DNA of 64,000 nucleotides from Macrostomum lignano (Eukaryota): NCBI GenBank assembly GCA_002269645.1, contig NIVC01001917.1, positions 1 to 64,000 of the forward strand, read 5' to 3'. Shown piece by piece: positions 1 to 12,189 of this stretch (position 1 is its first letter; each line of letters starts with the position of its first letter). The notes under the pieces were generated by a model. It saw only the letters and a program-made list of their open reading frames with translations, ran no database searches and was not told where the DNA came from. The position numbers and the translations under genes were made by a program.

Positions 1-882
1 TGCGTGCTGATGTTCAGAGTATGAACAAATTCGAGTAGTTATTGAGCAGTATGCGTGAAGATTACAGTTGTATTTCTCCTACTGATTCATTTTAGGGTTG
101 GGGCTTTATTCGTGTGCATGTATTTTTTTCGGCGGAAACTTTCTGAACAGACTTTTTCTTAAATTTTTTATGTTGTTATTTTTACGCTACATAGGCTCGT
201 ATTTTTAGAGGCTTTAAATTTACGGGGTGGCCATTTTGGTCTTTTTAGTAATGACTACGGCCTAAATACTGAATGTACTCGTTTAAAAACGTTTACGCTG
301 TTTTTTTTTGTTTTTGTCTTTGCAAGGTTTACAAAGATCTCGAAGCATAAGGATTTGGTCACCCCTTGGTAACTCTTAGAAAGCGACGTGTTGTGCGAAA
401 AAAACATGCCCATAAAGTTGATGAGTGACCATTAGAAGAAGCTACTTCATAAATTTCGATGCAGTAATAGAACCTATTGCCTCATTAGCATGCCCTTTTA
501 TTGTACATTACAGCGCTTGGCGCTCGCTTCTTTCCACCGCGTGGAGGATTGAGTTTCAGCAAAGAATCGTGTCTTTTTGTGTTACAACGGCCCTCCACCC
601 GATTCTTCCATTTGTTTTCGTCTGAGTACCTACAAAAATTTTTTTTTACTCGCACTGTCCTCTAAAGTCTACGGTACGCAGGTCCAGACCCTTAGGAGTG
701 GAAGTTCCACTTTTTTGTGCACATCAGAGCGTCACAGATTCGACCGAGCTTATTGTTCAATATGAGCTTGACTAGCTTAGGGCGCTCATCTTTGCAGAAG
801 ATTATAAATATGCGAAGTGAAGGTGTTTACAGTCAACGCAGAACCACTGATAAATTTCTATAGTAGAATCGCATGTCCCACC

Positions 883-2749
883 ATGTCTATAGCGGCTTTC
901 ATCCTGTTCCTACTTGTCTCTCGGCTGCCCGCCACCTCGAGTCAGCTGGTTACACCAACCCCGAGCCCTCTGGCCCGCCTGACAGCCCTGGAGACCAGCA
1001 TCTCCGTCTCCTGGCGAGACAACGATCGGGTCACCTTCCAGACTGACGTTGACGCCGCCATGACTAAAGAAATACCGCAGTTGGTGCTTGGCATCACCGC
1101 CAGTGTTTTTGCGGCCACCGCCTCCGTACTGTCCTTGTTTCCGCCTTTATTGATCCTGTCCGCCGTGTTCACCATTCTTTCTGTTGTAGCCGACATCCTT
1201 GGCCAGATTTTGTTTCCTGAAGAGGATCAGTTCGCTGAGCTCTACGACTACCTCAAGAGGAATTTAGCAAGGTATTGCATTGCTTTCAGTATTATGATTG
1301 GTGGCTCCTTGCAATGCACAGTTTACATGCAGCTAAGGGGGTTGCCAAGGTTAACGAGGTTAAACCAAGCATATAGAAACTTTCTCAATCTTCAACTCAC
1401 AGGTAAATGCCATGATTGAGTCGAACTTCCACGCCATAAAGGAACTGCAGAGCATCGTACTCTGCGGCCAGGAGTCCAGCGAGCTGAAGTCTCGCCAAAA
1501 CGTAGTCCGCGCCTTCTTTGCCCGATACACTGAGATGCTTAGGCGAGCAAGACTGACCGAGGCCAGGCACTAGCTATCTTTGACACTGAGCTGCGTGAGT
1601 ATCAAATATTGCGACATCTACCTTTCTTACACCTGTTGAGGCATTGTTGTATTTTTCATTCTATAGCCCAGTACCAGAGCTCGAGAATCCTGTTGGAGCT
1701 GCGGCAGATGCTCACTGAGAAGACTCTGTATTCCAAACTGCTCACCTACTGCGCTCAGGGAGACTACTCTAAGTACCTGAAGATGATGTTTGAGTTGCAC
1801 CACACATTCAATCAGGCAATCTTTCTGGACACAGCAGCCAAGCTTCGTCTGTTCAATCTGACCAAAGAGGTCCTGTCGTCTGACCGGGAATACTGGAGGA
1901 ATCAGTCGTCTCTAGTAAGATATTCTGGACATGTTATGAAAAGTTGATGTTCTCATTGCTAATCCAAAAATAATCACCTTAATTATCATTTAGCTAGATG
2001 AAACATTCTGCTTCAGGTGGTAAATCTGATGACGGAAGTCGGAAACGAGCTGGTCAGGAACACTGGCACAGTTTCTACGTGAAAGACGTGGACAAGTCGC
2101 TGAGCAAGACGGTTTCCTTTTCCGGACAGCAGGCAGCCAACGACCTGAACTCCGCCTTGGTCACCAAGTACTTTTACGTTCGTACTGCTGTGATCGTAGT
2201 GCCGCACGACAGCCAGTCCATCGACGTCACGGATGCGTTCGGCCAGGACATGCAAACCGTGAGCGCGGACAGCTTCGTTTGCTACAGGAGACACGAGCGT
2301 TCGGCGAGACGGTCATTGTGCTGTGCCGCAACGTGTTCGTCTACCCGGACGAGCAGGCGGACCTCGACAGCGCATACGCCACCTACACCAGAGGCGTCCT
2401 CTCGCTCAGCCTCGTTGATGCGCTGCGGAACGACCGCTGGGACGACATTGGTAGCGTGATGAAAACCTACCAGGTGTCGTTCTTCGCCGTGAGAGTTGTT
2501 GTGTACCTGAACAGCGGCGAAGTGGCAACTGCGCAGTCGAGTGCAGCGTCGGATCTGGCGTTTTCCAGTCCGAGGGGACCGCCTTTCAGGCCCTGGTCAC
2601 CGCCAAGCTGGTGCGCGGCTCACCGTCGGCTGTCAACAAAGTTGTGCGCCGCAGCCAAAGTGAAGGCCAATGGTGCAGCCATCGCCGGTCTGTGGCCTGC
2701 GGCTCCAGCTTTAACCCTGGCTAGCATCCTGATTATGAAATTCTACTGA
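883..2749 (+). CDS. Uncharacterised secreted or membrane-anchored protein, paralog A (4 exons: 883-1271, 1403-1594, 1667-1914, 2017-2749), with several apparent 1-nt deletions
   Basis: Signal-peptide-like start MSIAAFILFLLVSRLPATSS, GT-AG introns at the same positions as paralog B, and a hydrophobic C-terminus LWPAAPALTLASILIMKFY. Alignment to B needs +1 corrections near 1262, 1550, 2059, 2292 and 2561, and more before about 2655. Exon 2 is 192 nt versus 193 nt in B; exon 3 is 248 nt in both. Confidence 0.75.
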
Positions 2750-3414
2750 ATTCATTAACTTGCATAGTTCGCGACTCCAAAGTAGCCTACAATATTCTTT
2801 TTGATCTAATCTAGGTAGCTAACCTTGAGAAATAAAGAAATATTCGCCTTCTGTTTTTTTCGCTGCTTTTTTTCTTTCGAATTCAAATAATCTCATTATA
2901 ATAAAAAAGGGTAAAAAGCTTTCTAATAAACGCCGTTATTAACAATTCAGAAATATACTGGTAGCTATATAATTAAGCTAGCTCGTAAGAGTTGGACGAT
3001 GCTTTCTAAAACAGCTCGTGCCCTCGTATTTTAATTTTTCCTACATTTAAACAAACTGTAATGCAAACAGCAAAAGCGAAGTTCTCTTTTTTAATACAAC
3101 CGCTTTGGTTACGAGTAAACAGCTTGTGTTCGTGGAGAAAGACTAGCAAATTTGCTGTACTTGATGTGCAATGCGACAGGTAGCCAGGTGCTAAAATATA
3201 GAGTGAAGTTCCACTTCTATTGTCATTGACCAACTGCGCTGCACTCTAAGATGTATGAGCGCATACGACAAGCTAATATAAATAGAGCTGGCAGTGATCT
3301 GTTTACGCGGCATGACAACAGCGCCAATAGTTCTAGATTCTGTGGTTCTCAGTTCGACTGCATTACAGACTGCCATTCAGTTTTAAGTTAAGCCTTAAAA
3401 GATACAATTGGCAA

Positions 3415-5797
3415 ATGCTTTTCAAAGCGGCGCCCGTTCTGATCTTGCTGTTTTTGGCCCAGCTGCCGAGCAGCTCGCAGAACAGTCTGGATCGGCTGTC
3501 GGATCTGGAGACGGGAATTTCAACTTCATGGCGGAACAACGATCGTCAGACTTTTCAAGCCAATGTCAGCAGCGCAATGGAAAGAGAAATTCCAAAGCTT
3601 CTACTTGAGGTGACGTCATCTGTGAGCTCGATACTGGCAGATGCGTTCGCTCGAATGCCTGGCAAGCTGAAGCTTCTGTCACATGTGTTTACCATCAGTT
3701 CCGTAGTGACTGACGTTTTAGGAAAGATTCTTTTCAACGAGGCTGACCAATTCGCTGAATTGTACTCTTACCTGGAGAAGAGATTTATTGAGGTAAGTCA
3801 CCACTATACATAAGTTCATTAGTTCTTTGGTTTTTAAGTTTCATTTCACTTAATACGTACCGAGCGTGCATCAGCCAACAAGGCTCTTACACTGTTTTGT
3901 ACGAGCGTAACTTTAAATGGGCTGATGCGCTTTATACGTGATGCACTTAATGCAATTTCAATACAACTAAGACAATTTGGATCACGGGGTATTGCTGAGA
4001 TGTCCGCCAAAGCTCACGGGGGATTACTGAGATTTCAAAGCTTACGGGGGTTGCTCAGCTGCTTTGAGCCAAAGCTTATAGGGAGTGCTGATATCTGTGG
4101 CTAGATAGCTAGCTGGCTTTCAGGGTGGATGGTTTTCTGTTTGAAGCATTATTTTCCTTAAGCCTGACGGGCGCACATATTGCTTGTCTGTCTACTATAA
4201 GTAGAGTAAAACTATTCAAAGCTGAGTTTGCGTTGATATTTCTTACAACGAACTTTATTCAGAGCGACACCCTGTTTCAATTTTCAATTTCAGTTGAACG
4301 CTATGATTGAAGCGAATTTCCACGCCATCAAAGACTTAGAGAGTGTTGTGCAGTGCGGCCAGGTCTCTAGAGAGTTGATGTCGCGTCAGACTCTTGTCAG
4401 AGGTTTCTTTAGCAGGTACAAGGAGATGCTGGAGCGAGCTAAGACTGGTCGAGAGGAAGCATTGAAGATTTTTGACACTGAGCTGCGTGAGTTTAATCGC
4501 ATTTGTGTCGCAACCTTTTACTGACAAAAATTAGTGGTCACAAGAAATGCAGCTGATGTCAATCGACATCTTTTTCAGCTCAGCTCCAGAGCTCGCGAGT
4601 TCTACTAGAGCTGCAGCAGATGCTCACTGACAAAACCGTGTTCGCAAAGCTGCTCACCTACTGCGCTCGCGGCGACCTGATCCTGTACCTGAAGATGATG
4701 GTGGAGCTGCACCACACTTTCCAGCAGGCGATCATTTTGGACACGGCCGCCAAAATTCGACTCTTCGGTCTGACTAAGGAGAAGTTGACAACGGACAGGC
4801 AGGCATGGAGGGAAAAGTCGATGCTGGTGAGATGACAATTTGGTTTTCTTTCTGACTGTACAAACTTACCAACTAACTAATGATGATTAGTTATTAGAGC
4901 ACACGTAATCCACCAGGGCAGGGTACTTTCGCGCCAGTACATGTATCAAACCGTTGGTCTAGTCTGCCCCAGTGCCCAGTGTAGTTGGCTTTGATTTTTA
5001 TACGGAGACATATAATTAACTTGTATACCCTACTCTAACCAATCCAGGTGGTTAGCCGAATGGCGGATGTCGGCAACGACCTGGTAATGAAGAGCTGGTA
5101 TAACTTCTACAGAGCCGATATTGAAAAGTCGATTGGAACCTCGGCTAACCAGCGGCCTTCGGATGCTGCTGGCCTGCTAAACTCCGTCCTTAATCAAAAG
5201 TACATCTACGTTCGTACTGCGGTGATCATCGTGCCGTACGACAGCAAGTCCATCGACATCACGGATGCGTTTGGCCACGACATGCGAATCGTGAGCGCGG
5301 ACAGCTTCGTCTGTCACAGGAGTCGCCGGGCGTCCGGCGAGACGGTCATCGTGCTGTGCCGCAACGTGTTCGTCTACCCGAAGGAGCAGGCGGACCTCGA
5401 CAGCGCCTACGCCACCTACACCAGAGGCGTCCTCTCGCTCAGCCTCGTTGATGCGCTGCGGAACGACCGCTGGGACGACATTGGTAGCGTGATGAACACC
5501 TACCAGGTGTCGTTCTTCGCCGTGAGAGTTGTTGTGTACCTGAACAGCGGCAGCTCAGTAGCCACTGCGCAGTCGAAAATGGCATCAAATCTGGCGTTCT
5601 TCCAGTCTGAAGGGACCGGCTTCCAGGCTTTGGTCACCGCCAAGCTGGCTGCTCGCGGTGGCGGTAGTAGTGTTGTGCCACCAACCAAAGTGAAGTCAGC
5701 TGAATCGACTGTCGCGGCTTGTTGGCCAGTTTTGGTAGCTTTGGCTTCGTTAATTATCATCAAAGTGAAGTTGATCAACGGCGATGCTGCTATGTAA
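3415..5797 (+). CDS. Uncharacterised secreted or membrane-anchored protein, paralog B, intact, 522 aa (exons 3415-3792, 4294-4486, 4579-4826, 5048-5797)
   Basis: Canonical splice sites with matching phases (0, 1, 0) give a 1569-nt open frame. It has a signal-peptide-like N-terminus MLFKAAPVLILLFLAQLPSSS, a hydrophobic C-terminal tail, and is colinear with paralog A throughout. Confidence 0.87.
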
Positions 5798-6512
5798 CTG
5801 TCGGAATGTTGCTGATTGGTGGAACCCGAGCTATCCGGATATTTAGAAATTGTTTTGAGACTGTAAAACTGAAAACAAAAACTAAAATGAGGTAGATCTG
5901 TAAAGCTAAGAGCATATGTAGCTAAATTTATTATATTTTTATCAATATTATCACATCACTAGATAGAACCTAGAAGCTAAATTTGTATTACTGAAGTTTC
6001 CAGAAAAGTTATAGTACTCGTAGAATTTTTTGCGAACTAAAATAAAATAAAATAAAAAACGTCTGTTTTCTCTGCACTTGTGACTTGTTGTGACTTTTGA
6101 CTTGCGAAATCTTGTTCATTTTCCTGTGCTTCCATCACATGCAGCATTTGGTTACAAAAGCACTTTCGAGCACAAGTGAACTACCTTATCAAAGCAGCGT
6201 ATTTGTTATGATGACAGTCAGGAAAAATTTAGCAACATAGAAAATTTGCGTAATTTCGTATATTTTTCTGTCCCAAAACAAAACTTTGAAACACACGAGA
6301 GCAATTGGTTTGCAATACGTTAGTAACTCGTTAAGGCTTTAGAAATCATAATTGTTCTCTTGCTGCTGGAATGTTGAAGTCACAGAGTAGTCAATAGCAG
6401 CTATTTAAAATGTAGGTTAATTTTGCAGCTTGTCAGAAACAACTTGTGCGAGGCAGGCCAGAATTGTCGCTGATAAATTACACGGCTGTCAAAATCTAAA
6501 TTTATTTTCTTC

Positions 6513-8893
6513 TCAATCGTCGTCCTCGCCGCCCTCCTCGTCGCCGTAGCCCTCCTCCTCGCCCTCCTCGGCCTGGGCCAGCAGCGCTTTGAGGGCTGCC
6601 TCCTCCTCGGGCGTCGGGTCATCGGTCTCTTTGAGCTCCGGGTCGCTGACAAACTCCGCCATGACTGGCGGCGGCGGGGCCGGGCTGTAGTTCTCGGAGG
6701 TGAACTTGTGGCCCCAGCCGATATAGATGTTCTCGCACACTCTGTGGTACAGAGGAGGCGTTCAGTAGCTAGTGTAAGCATCTGTTTCTACTACTAAAAG
6801 TTTTGTGTGTGGCAAGTACATGTCTATCTAAGAACAGAATGAAGCGGTCTAATGTGAGTCCTAGTAGGACTCACTACATGTACCAGTTTGTCGCAAACAT
6901 GATGTCATCCAGTAACTCTGAGTGAGTAATTTACTTTCTTTGAATTTGAACCAGCTCTGAATCTGCGACTGTCAAGGCATTTGCATCTATGTGTATGCAA
7001 AACGAATGTTCTGCCTTGTGCAATAAATAACTCGACGCCCGCCGTTGCTTACTTGCCACTCGCCACAGCGTGCGCTCCTGGCCACAGGTTGGACGACACG
7101 ACGGTTACAGCGAAGCGCTGCACCAGGCCACTGGACAGGCGCACAGTCCACGGCTGCATGCCGTCAATTGGCGCGTCCTCGGACAGTGACGTCAGCAGCG
7201 GCGGCCCAACCTCAGGCTGGGGCTGGGGCTGCTCCTCTTTTTCCTCTTCTTCGTCCTCGAGCTCCTCGTCCTCGTCAATTTGGACGGGGTTCCACCACCG
7301 GGTGCGGCCCTGCGGCAGGATGTGCAGCACGTGGTGGGCCCAGGCCTCAGGGTCCGCCAGGGCGCGCACAGGCGGCGGCTCGTACTCGGGATTCTCCGCG
7401 CACGACTCATGCCCGACGCCGTCCTCCTCCTCTTCTTCCTCTTCGCCGAACGTGTAGAAATCCTTCGGCGAGACGTGCGTCCCGGCCGAGATGCGCGCAA
7501 TCTGGGCGCGCAGGTAGTTTGCCTCGGTGCCGGGAACGGCGGGTAAGTCACGATCGGCGCGTCCAGCCGGCCAGTGAAGAACTTCTTGATTCGCCGGGCC
7601 ACGTGAATCTGGGCTGGCGTGGCGTTCGGCAGGCGGATCCAGGCCTTTCCGGGCTCGTTGCACACGAAGTAAGCGTACTTGTTAGCGCCAGTTCCGGGCT
7701 CCTCTTTTGGTACCGGCGGAGCCGGCTTAAAGTTCGGCTTGGGAGTGTCATCCTCCGTCTCCTCTTCTTCGCCCTCCTCGTCGTCCTTGTCGTCGCGCTC
7801 CGGCTCGGCCTCCTCTTCGGCCTCTTCTTCGCCTTCGCCTTCGCGGAATTCAACCTCGGCAACGTAGTAGTTCTGCTCAGTGCCCAGCACTTTGCCCCAG
7901 AAGCGCAGCTTCTCGATCGGCTTCTCGTCTACCAGCTTCTTGAGCGACAGCCAGATGCGGTAGATCTCGTCCTTGTCGATGCCTGCAATGGAGGAGAATT
8001 TTATGGAAAATAGACGTGAATTATAGAATCAGGGAATATCTCGGAGTGATTTTATACCACCTGCTCTCTGTCTAAGATCGGCGAAAAGTGGCTGACGTCT
8101 CGTAAAATTCCTGGGTTGCTACTCGTATAATCTTACTTGTGCGATTAACGCTCATAAGGCCTGATGTTAAGAAGGAACTACAGGGCAGGTGCAAACAACT
8201 GTGGGAGTTCGGTACCTAATTGCTGCCTCAGTGAGTGCAGGTTGGCTGTCGCAAGGAGTTGCGGAGGTCATCTATTGCCCACAACAAAACAACAAGACTT
8301 CCCATTTGCGGTGTTCATTTATTGGTAAAGACCTGACATAACGTAATTAAAGGCATCTCTACTCACCTACGCCGCCCTGCTCAAAGAAGAAGGCGAGCTG
8401 CAGAAGATTGGGCAGCCTCGGATCAGCGTCGTCCTCGCCCATCGCTTCGTCATCGTCGCCGTCGGGCCTCTAGAATAAATTAGAACTATTCTAGTCAGTT
8501 AAAACAGTCCAACAAGTCCTGACTGACAAGTAACAATGTACAGCCAAGCCAAGCGCTTACGTTAAACAGTCGCTTCTGAATTTCGGCCAGAGCGATCTCA
8601 GTGCTGCGGTCGAGCTTTCCGCGTAGGGAGTCGCCATCGCCGGCGAGACGCGATCGCTTGCACTCCTTGCTGATGTCCTCGAAGATGTCGACAACGTCCC
8701 GTGGACGTTCTTCGAGAATCTTACGCAGGCAGGTGACCAGGTGCTCGTAGAGGTTGATGCCAGTTGAGTTGGTGGTTGAGAGCAGGTACGTCTTATCGGT
8801 GAGGAAGTTCTGCTCCTTTGTGGTCGGCTCCTGGGCTCCATCTGGCACTGGAGTCTGTGGCTGAGATGACTTGCGGCTCTGAGTGTCCGACAT
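6513..8893 (-). CDS. RSPH4A: Radial spoke head protein 4/6 homolog (exons 8893-8561, 8469-8367, 7982-7053, 6741-6513), with one apparent 1-nt deletion near 7532
   Basis: Family motifs [71 protein letters not shown] / [29 protein letters not shown] and [10 protein letters not shown], plus acidic tracts. Splice phases are consistent. RSPH4A versus RSPH6A orthology cannot be resolved by eye. Confidence 0.94.
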
Positions 8894-10173
8894 CTGAAGA
8901 ATAATCAATAGTAAATAAGATTAACATAATTGCCCAGTTAGTATTTTCTATAAAATGAAATTAAATAGCTGGTTATTAACCAAGCAATGAACCAAGAGGT
9001 AGCAGCCACATCTTGGAATCGACTTGATTGTAAGATAAAGCCATGGAAAATATGGATCAGTATCAGCAGCTCCTTACGAATAAATATTGCTTTTATAGAT
9101 AGCCGTTATAATAAATTTTCTAATTGCTAAATTCACTAAAATATTACAATAATCTAGTCAGCTCACATGAGGGGAAGTGACAATTGAATTCCTGTTACAG
9201 AAAAAGTATATTCTCTTGCATAAACTAGGCATTAAAAATGGCCAATGATAAGTGTCATTTTAATTGGAACTAAGCATGGAAACAAGATTGCCTTCCCTTT
9301 TTGAATGTATGGATCGAAAGGACCAAAGCAACATTCTTTCAATAAAAATTGACGGAATAAGTCTTACGCAGCTTTTTATTGAGTCTTAGTTTGAGTCCTA
9401 TTTTCAGTAGCTTTTTTGAACACAATTTTTTAACTAATAAGAAATTAAACAAAAGCAAAAAATCCCAAGTTAGAAATTCAGAACCTGAAAATTGCACCAA
9501 AAGGAATAGACCATTCAAGTTATGATAAACAGTATAACTGTATCACGAAATTGACATGTTTTTCTAATGTATTAGAAATGTGCTGCCAACTGCAAAATTG
9601 TGTTATTAAAGAAATAAATTAAAAAAGACAGTAAAACTTTTCAACAATTCTGCGTTTATATAACTCCAAAAACTTATTCTATTAAGAAGTATAAAAATTA
9701 AGCCAAAATTTATTGCATAGCAGGTAAATAAAAACTAAATAATAATTGGCGCACTGCCACTTTAGAATATTCTGTTCTGTAGTATTGAATAAATGCGTAC
9801 AAATCTAAATAACTTTGGGCTTGTTTTCTATGCCACATTCTCAAATAATGACAGAATTATTTTCAAAAATTATTCCTAAATATCCTGAATATTTATAAAT
9901 AACAGGCTTACTCCCGTGGGATTAGGTGGAGATCTCACTATTAGTTTTAGCTCACTGGAAAGCGCAGCTCCATGAATAATGTAAAATTTGCCAATTAAAC
10001 TTTTGATTGCTTACATAGAAACGGTCTTTAAAGCAGTGAACTTAAAATTCTTATGAAAAGAAATATTTTGTAGATGAAAGTTTCTTGTTTTTGCATAAAA
10101 TTACAATTTTACTTTTTAAGCTTTTCAAAATTTGCTATAATCAGTAACGCGAAAAATTTAAATAACTGTTTTT

Positions 10174-10433
10174 GGGCCTTTTCATATTGCTTGCTCTGGT
10201 TCCAGAACCAGAACCAATTTGTGAAGTATAACTTTTTGTCTCCATAACTAGAGGGAGATACGTGCTATAAAGTTTTTATTATTGAATGACAATCGCCAAG
10301 AAGAAAGTGAAAAATTGTGCTAAGTTAGGTTGTTAAGGCAGTCAAATATTAACAGAGTTTAATAGTTATACTGCTGTTTTTCTTGGAATTCCGAACCGAT
10401 TCTGGTTCTGGAATTGGTAATATGAAAAGGCCC
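10174..10433. mobile_element. MITE, PIF/Harbinger (Tourist)-like, about 260 bp
   Basis: Terminal inverted repeat GGGCCTTTTCATATT(G/A)C (16/17), an inner inverted motif TTCCAGAACCAGAA, and TTT on both flanks (possible 3-bp TSD). Confidence 0.6.
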
Positions 10434-10772
10434 TTTGTAGAAAAGGCTGGCCAGAGTGACTTCAGTGAGTCACTTTATGATGAAACCAAAGGAATATTCA
10501 AGCGATTTTCAGTTTCAGATGGATTTTACGGACACAAAAGCTATGTGCTTTACAATACACAAACACGAAGCCTAGTAGCAGTAGCCTTAATTAGCACGCA
10601 CGTCTAGTAAAGACGCCCCACTTAACAACTCTAGCCCAAATCAATTCTGTTATCTGTAGTGTGTAGTATGTATAGCCGAACCCAAATAGGAAATAAATGA
10701 AACTTGAGAATAAATAAATTTATCAAATAGGACCGTATCTGCCTGCTGCCACCTAAAAATTCCTATCTTTTT

Positions 10773-10954
10773 CAGTGGCGCAACCAGGGGGCGGGGGGGG
10801 GGCGGTCGCCCCCCTTAGGCGGAGACCAAAAAAATCAAAGGGGGACCAAGCGAATTTTCGCAAAAAAACAGAGCCACCCTTCCGCCCCCTCCCCCTCCCG
10901 GGACTTTACCCCCTAGAATCCGCCCCCCTCAAAAAATTTCTGGTTGCGCTACTG
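10773..10954. mobile_element. hAT-like MITE, 182 bp
   Basis: TIR CAGTGGCGCAACCAG versus CAGTAGCGCAACCAG (14/15), 8-bp flanking duplication ATCTTTTT/ATCTTTTA (7/8), and a G/C-run-rich interior. Confidence 0.75.
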
Positions 10955-11270
10955 ATCTTTTACTTTTGAGTCCTTGAATGTTTGTATTCATCCCCTGCTC
11001 TATTAACCTGTGTGTATGCAGCATTTTTGTTTGAGGTGAATTTAATTCTACTTTTTTCTAGGCTTTTGATTTTTTTAGGATAGTGCATACTACCTATGTC
11101 AGGCCCTAGACCTTATCTCTAATATAAGCATAATCATACAGTGTCAGTCTTTTTGGCATACATTGCAATCCCCCTGATTTACACTGGCCATGCCCATATG
11201 ACTTACTTTTTGACCAAAAAATGCAACTTATCTGTAAAAAAAACCCTAAAGCAAAAATTTATGCTATTTT

Positions 11271-11334
11271 GGGTAAATGGCAGGAGTAACTATGACTGTC
11301 TTATGGAGACATAATGCCTCAGCATCTAATTAGT
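11271..11334 (+). pseudogene. Degenerate 64-bp fragment of 28S (LSU) rRNA, helix 69-71 region, containing the R2 / I-PpoI target
   Basis: Ungapped match of 53/64 to the conserved eukaryotic 28S sequence GGGTAAACGGCGGGAGTAACTATGACTCTCTTAAGGTAGCCAAATGCCTCGTCATCTAATTAGT (recalled consensus). The flanks show no rRNA similarity. Confidence 0.8.
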
Positions 11335-12189
11335 ATTTAGTACTACATCTGTACTTTTAGGCTAGGCATTTATACGACTTATCCCTGGTCTACCACAATT
11401 TACAGTGGCTGGATTGGCCAGGTTGGTTAGCAGTTGCACATGTATGCTTTTTGGTGACATTTTTTGGATTGATCTTATAGCTTTATCTATCTATCTAAAC
11501 CCTATTTATTGTGGCTATAGTTTAGAGATATAGCTTTAAGAATGGATTATATAATATAGTCATTTTAGTGACATAAAAATAAAAAAAATTTTGGTGATAA
11601 ACTCATAGACTCTTTAGTGACAACTGTTTTGGTTGCAAGCAAAAAATTGTTCTAATAATCCTAAGTGACAAGTTTATTTAGAGGTTTACTAAAACAATTA
11701 AACAATAACATTTAGGCCTAATTTTGCTTATTTGCTAGGACAAAAATTAAATGTAGGGCCTATGCCAATTTTAATTTTTTCTAAATATTCAAAAGACACA
11801 AATATATTGATCTTCTAACAAATTTTTTGAAATATGCAAAATTTAAATACCAACAAAATAAGTATGCTTATAAACTTAAATTGTTACATGCTTTCTCCTA
11901 TCACAAAATGAATAGTTGTAATCTTTATTTTTTACCTCAGATAAAATGTATTTATATTTATTGTACAAGCTATTGAAACCCGCAGATTTTGAACCTAGGA
12001 AACTCCAATCCCCAGAACCATTTTTGCATGTATTCTAAAATCTGAGGTCAAACTCAAACAAAAACTTGTTAATAGTTAGGATAGAGTTAAACAAAATAGA
12101 GTACACTCGTGTAAAATTAGGATTTGAAGCAAGCATTGATATTGTTGGCTAGGATGCTACGCAGAATGTCAGGCAAACTCTGGCCTCTG

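Noticed and set aside
1-800. Short ORFs and a possible transposon end at the window start
   Set aside because: No termini, TSD or protein motif could be identified.
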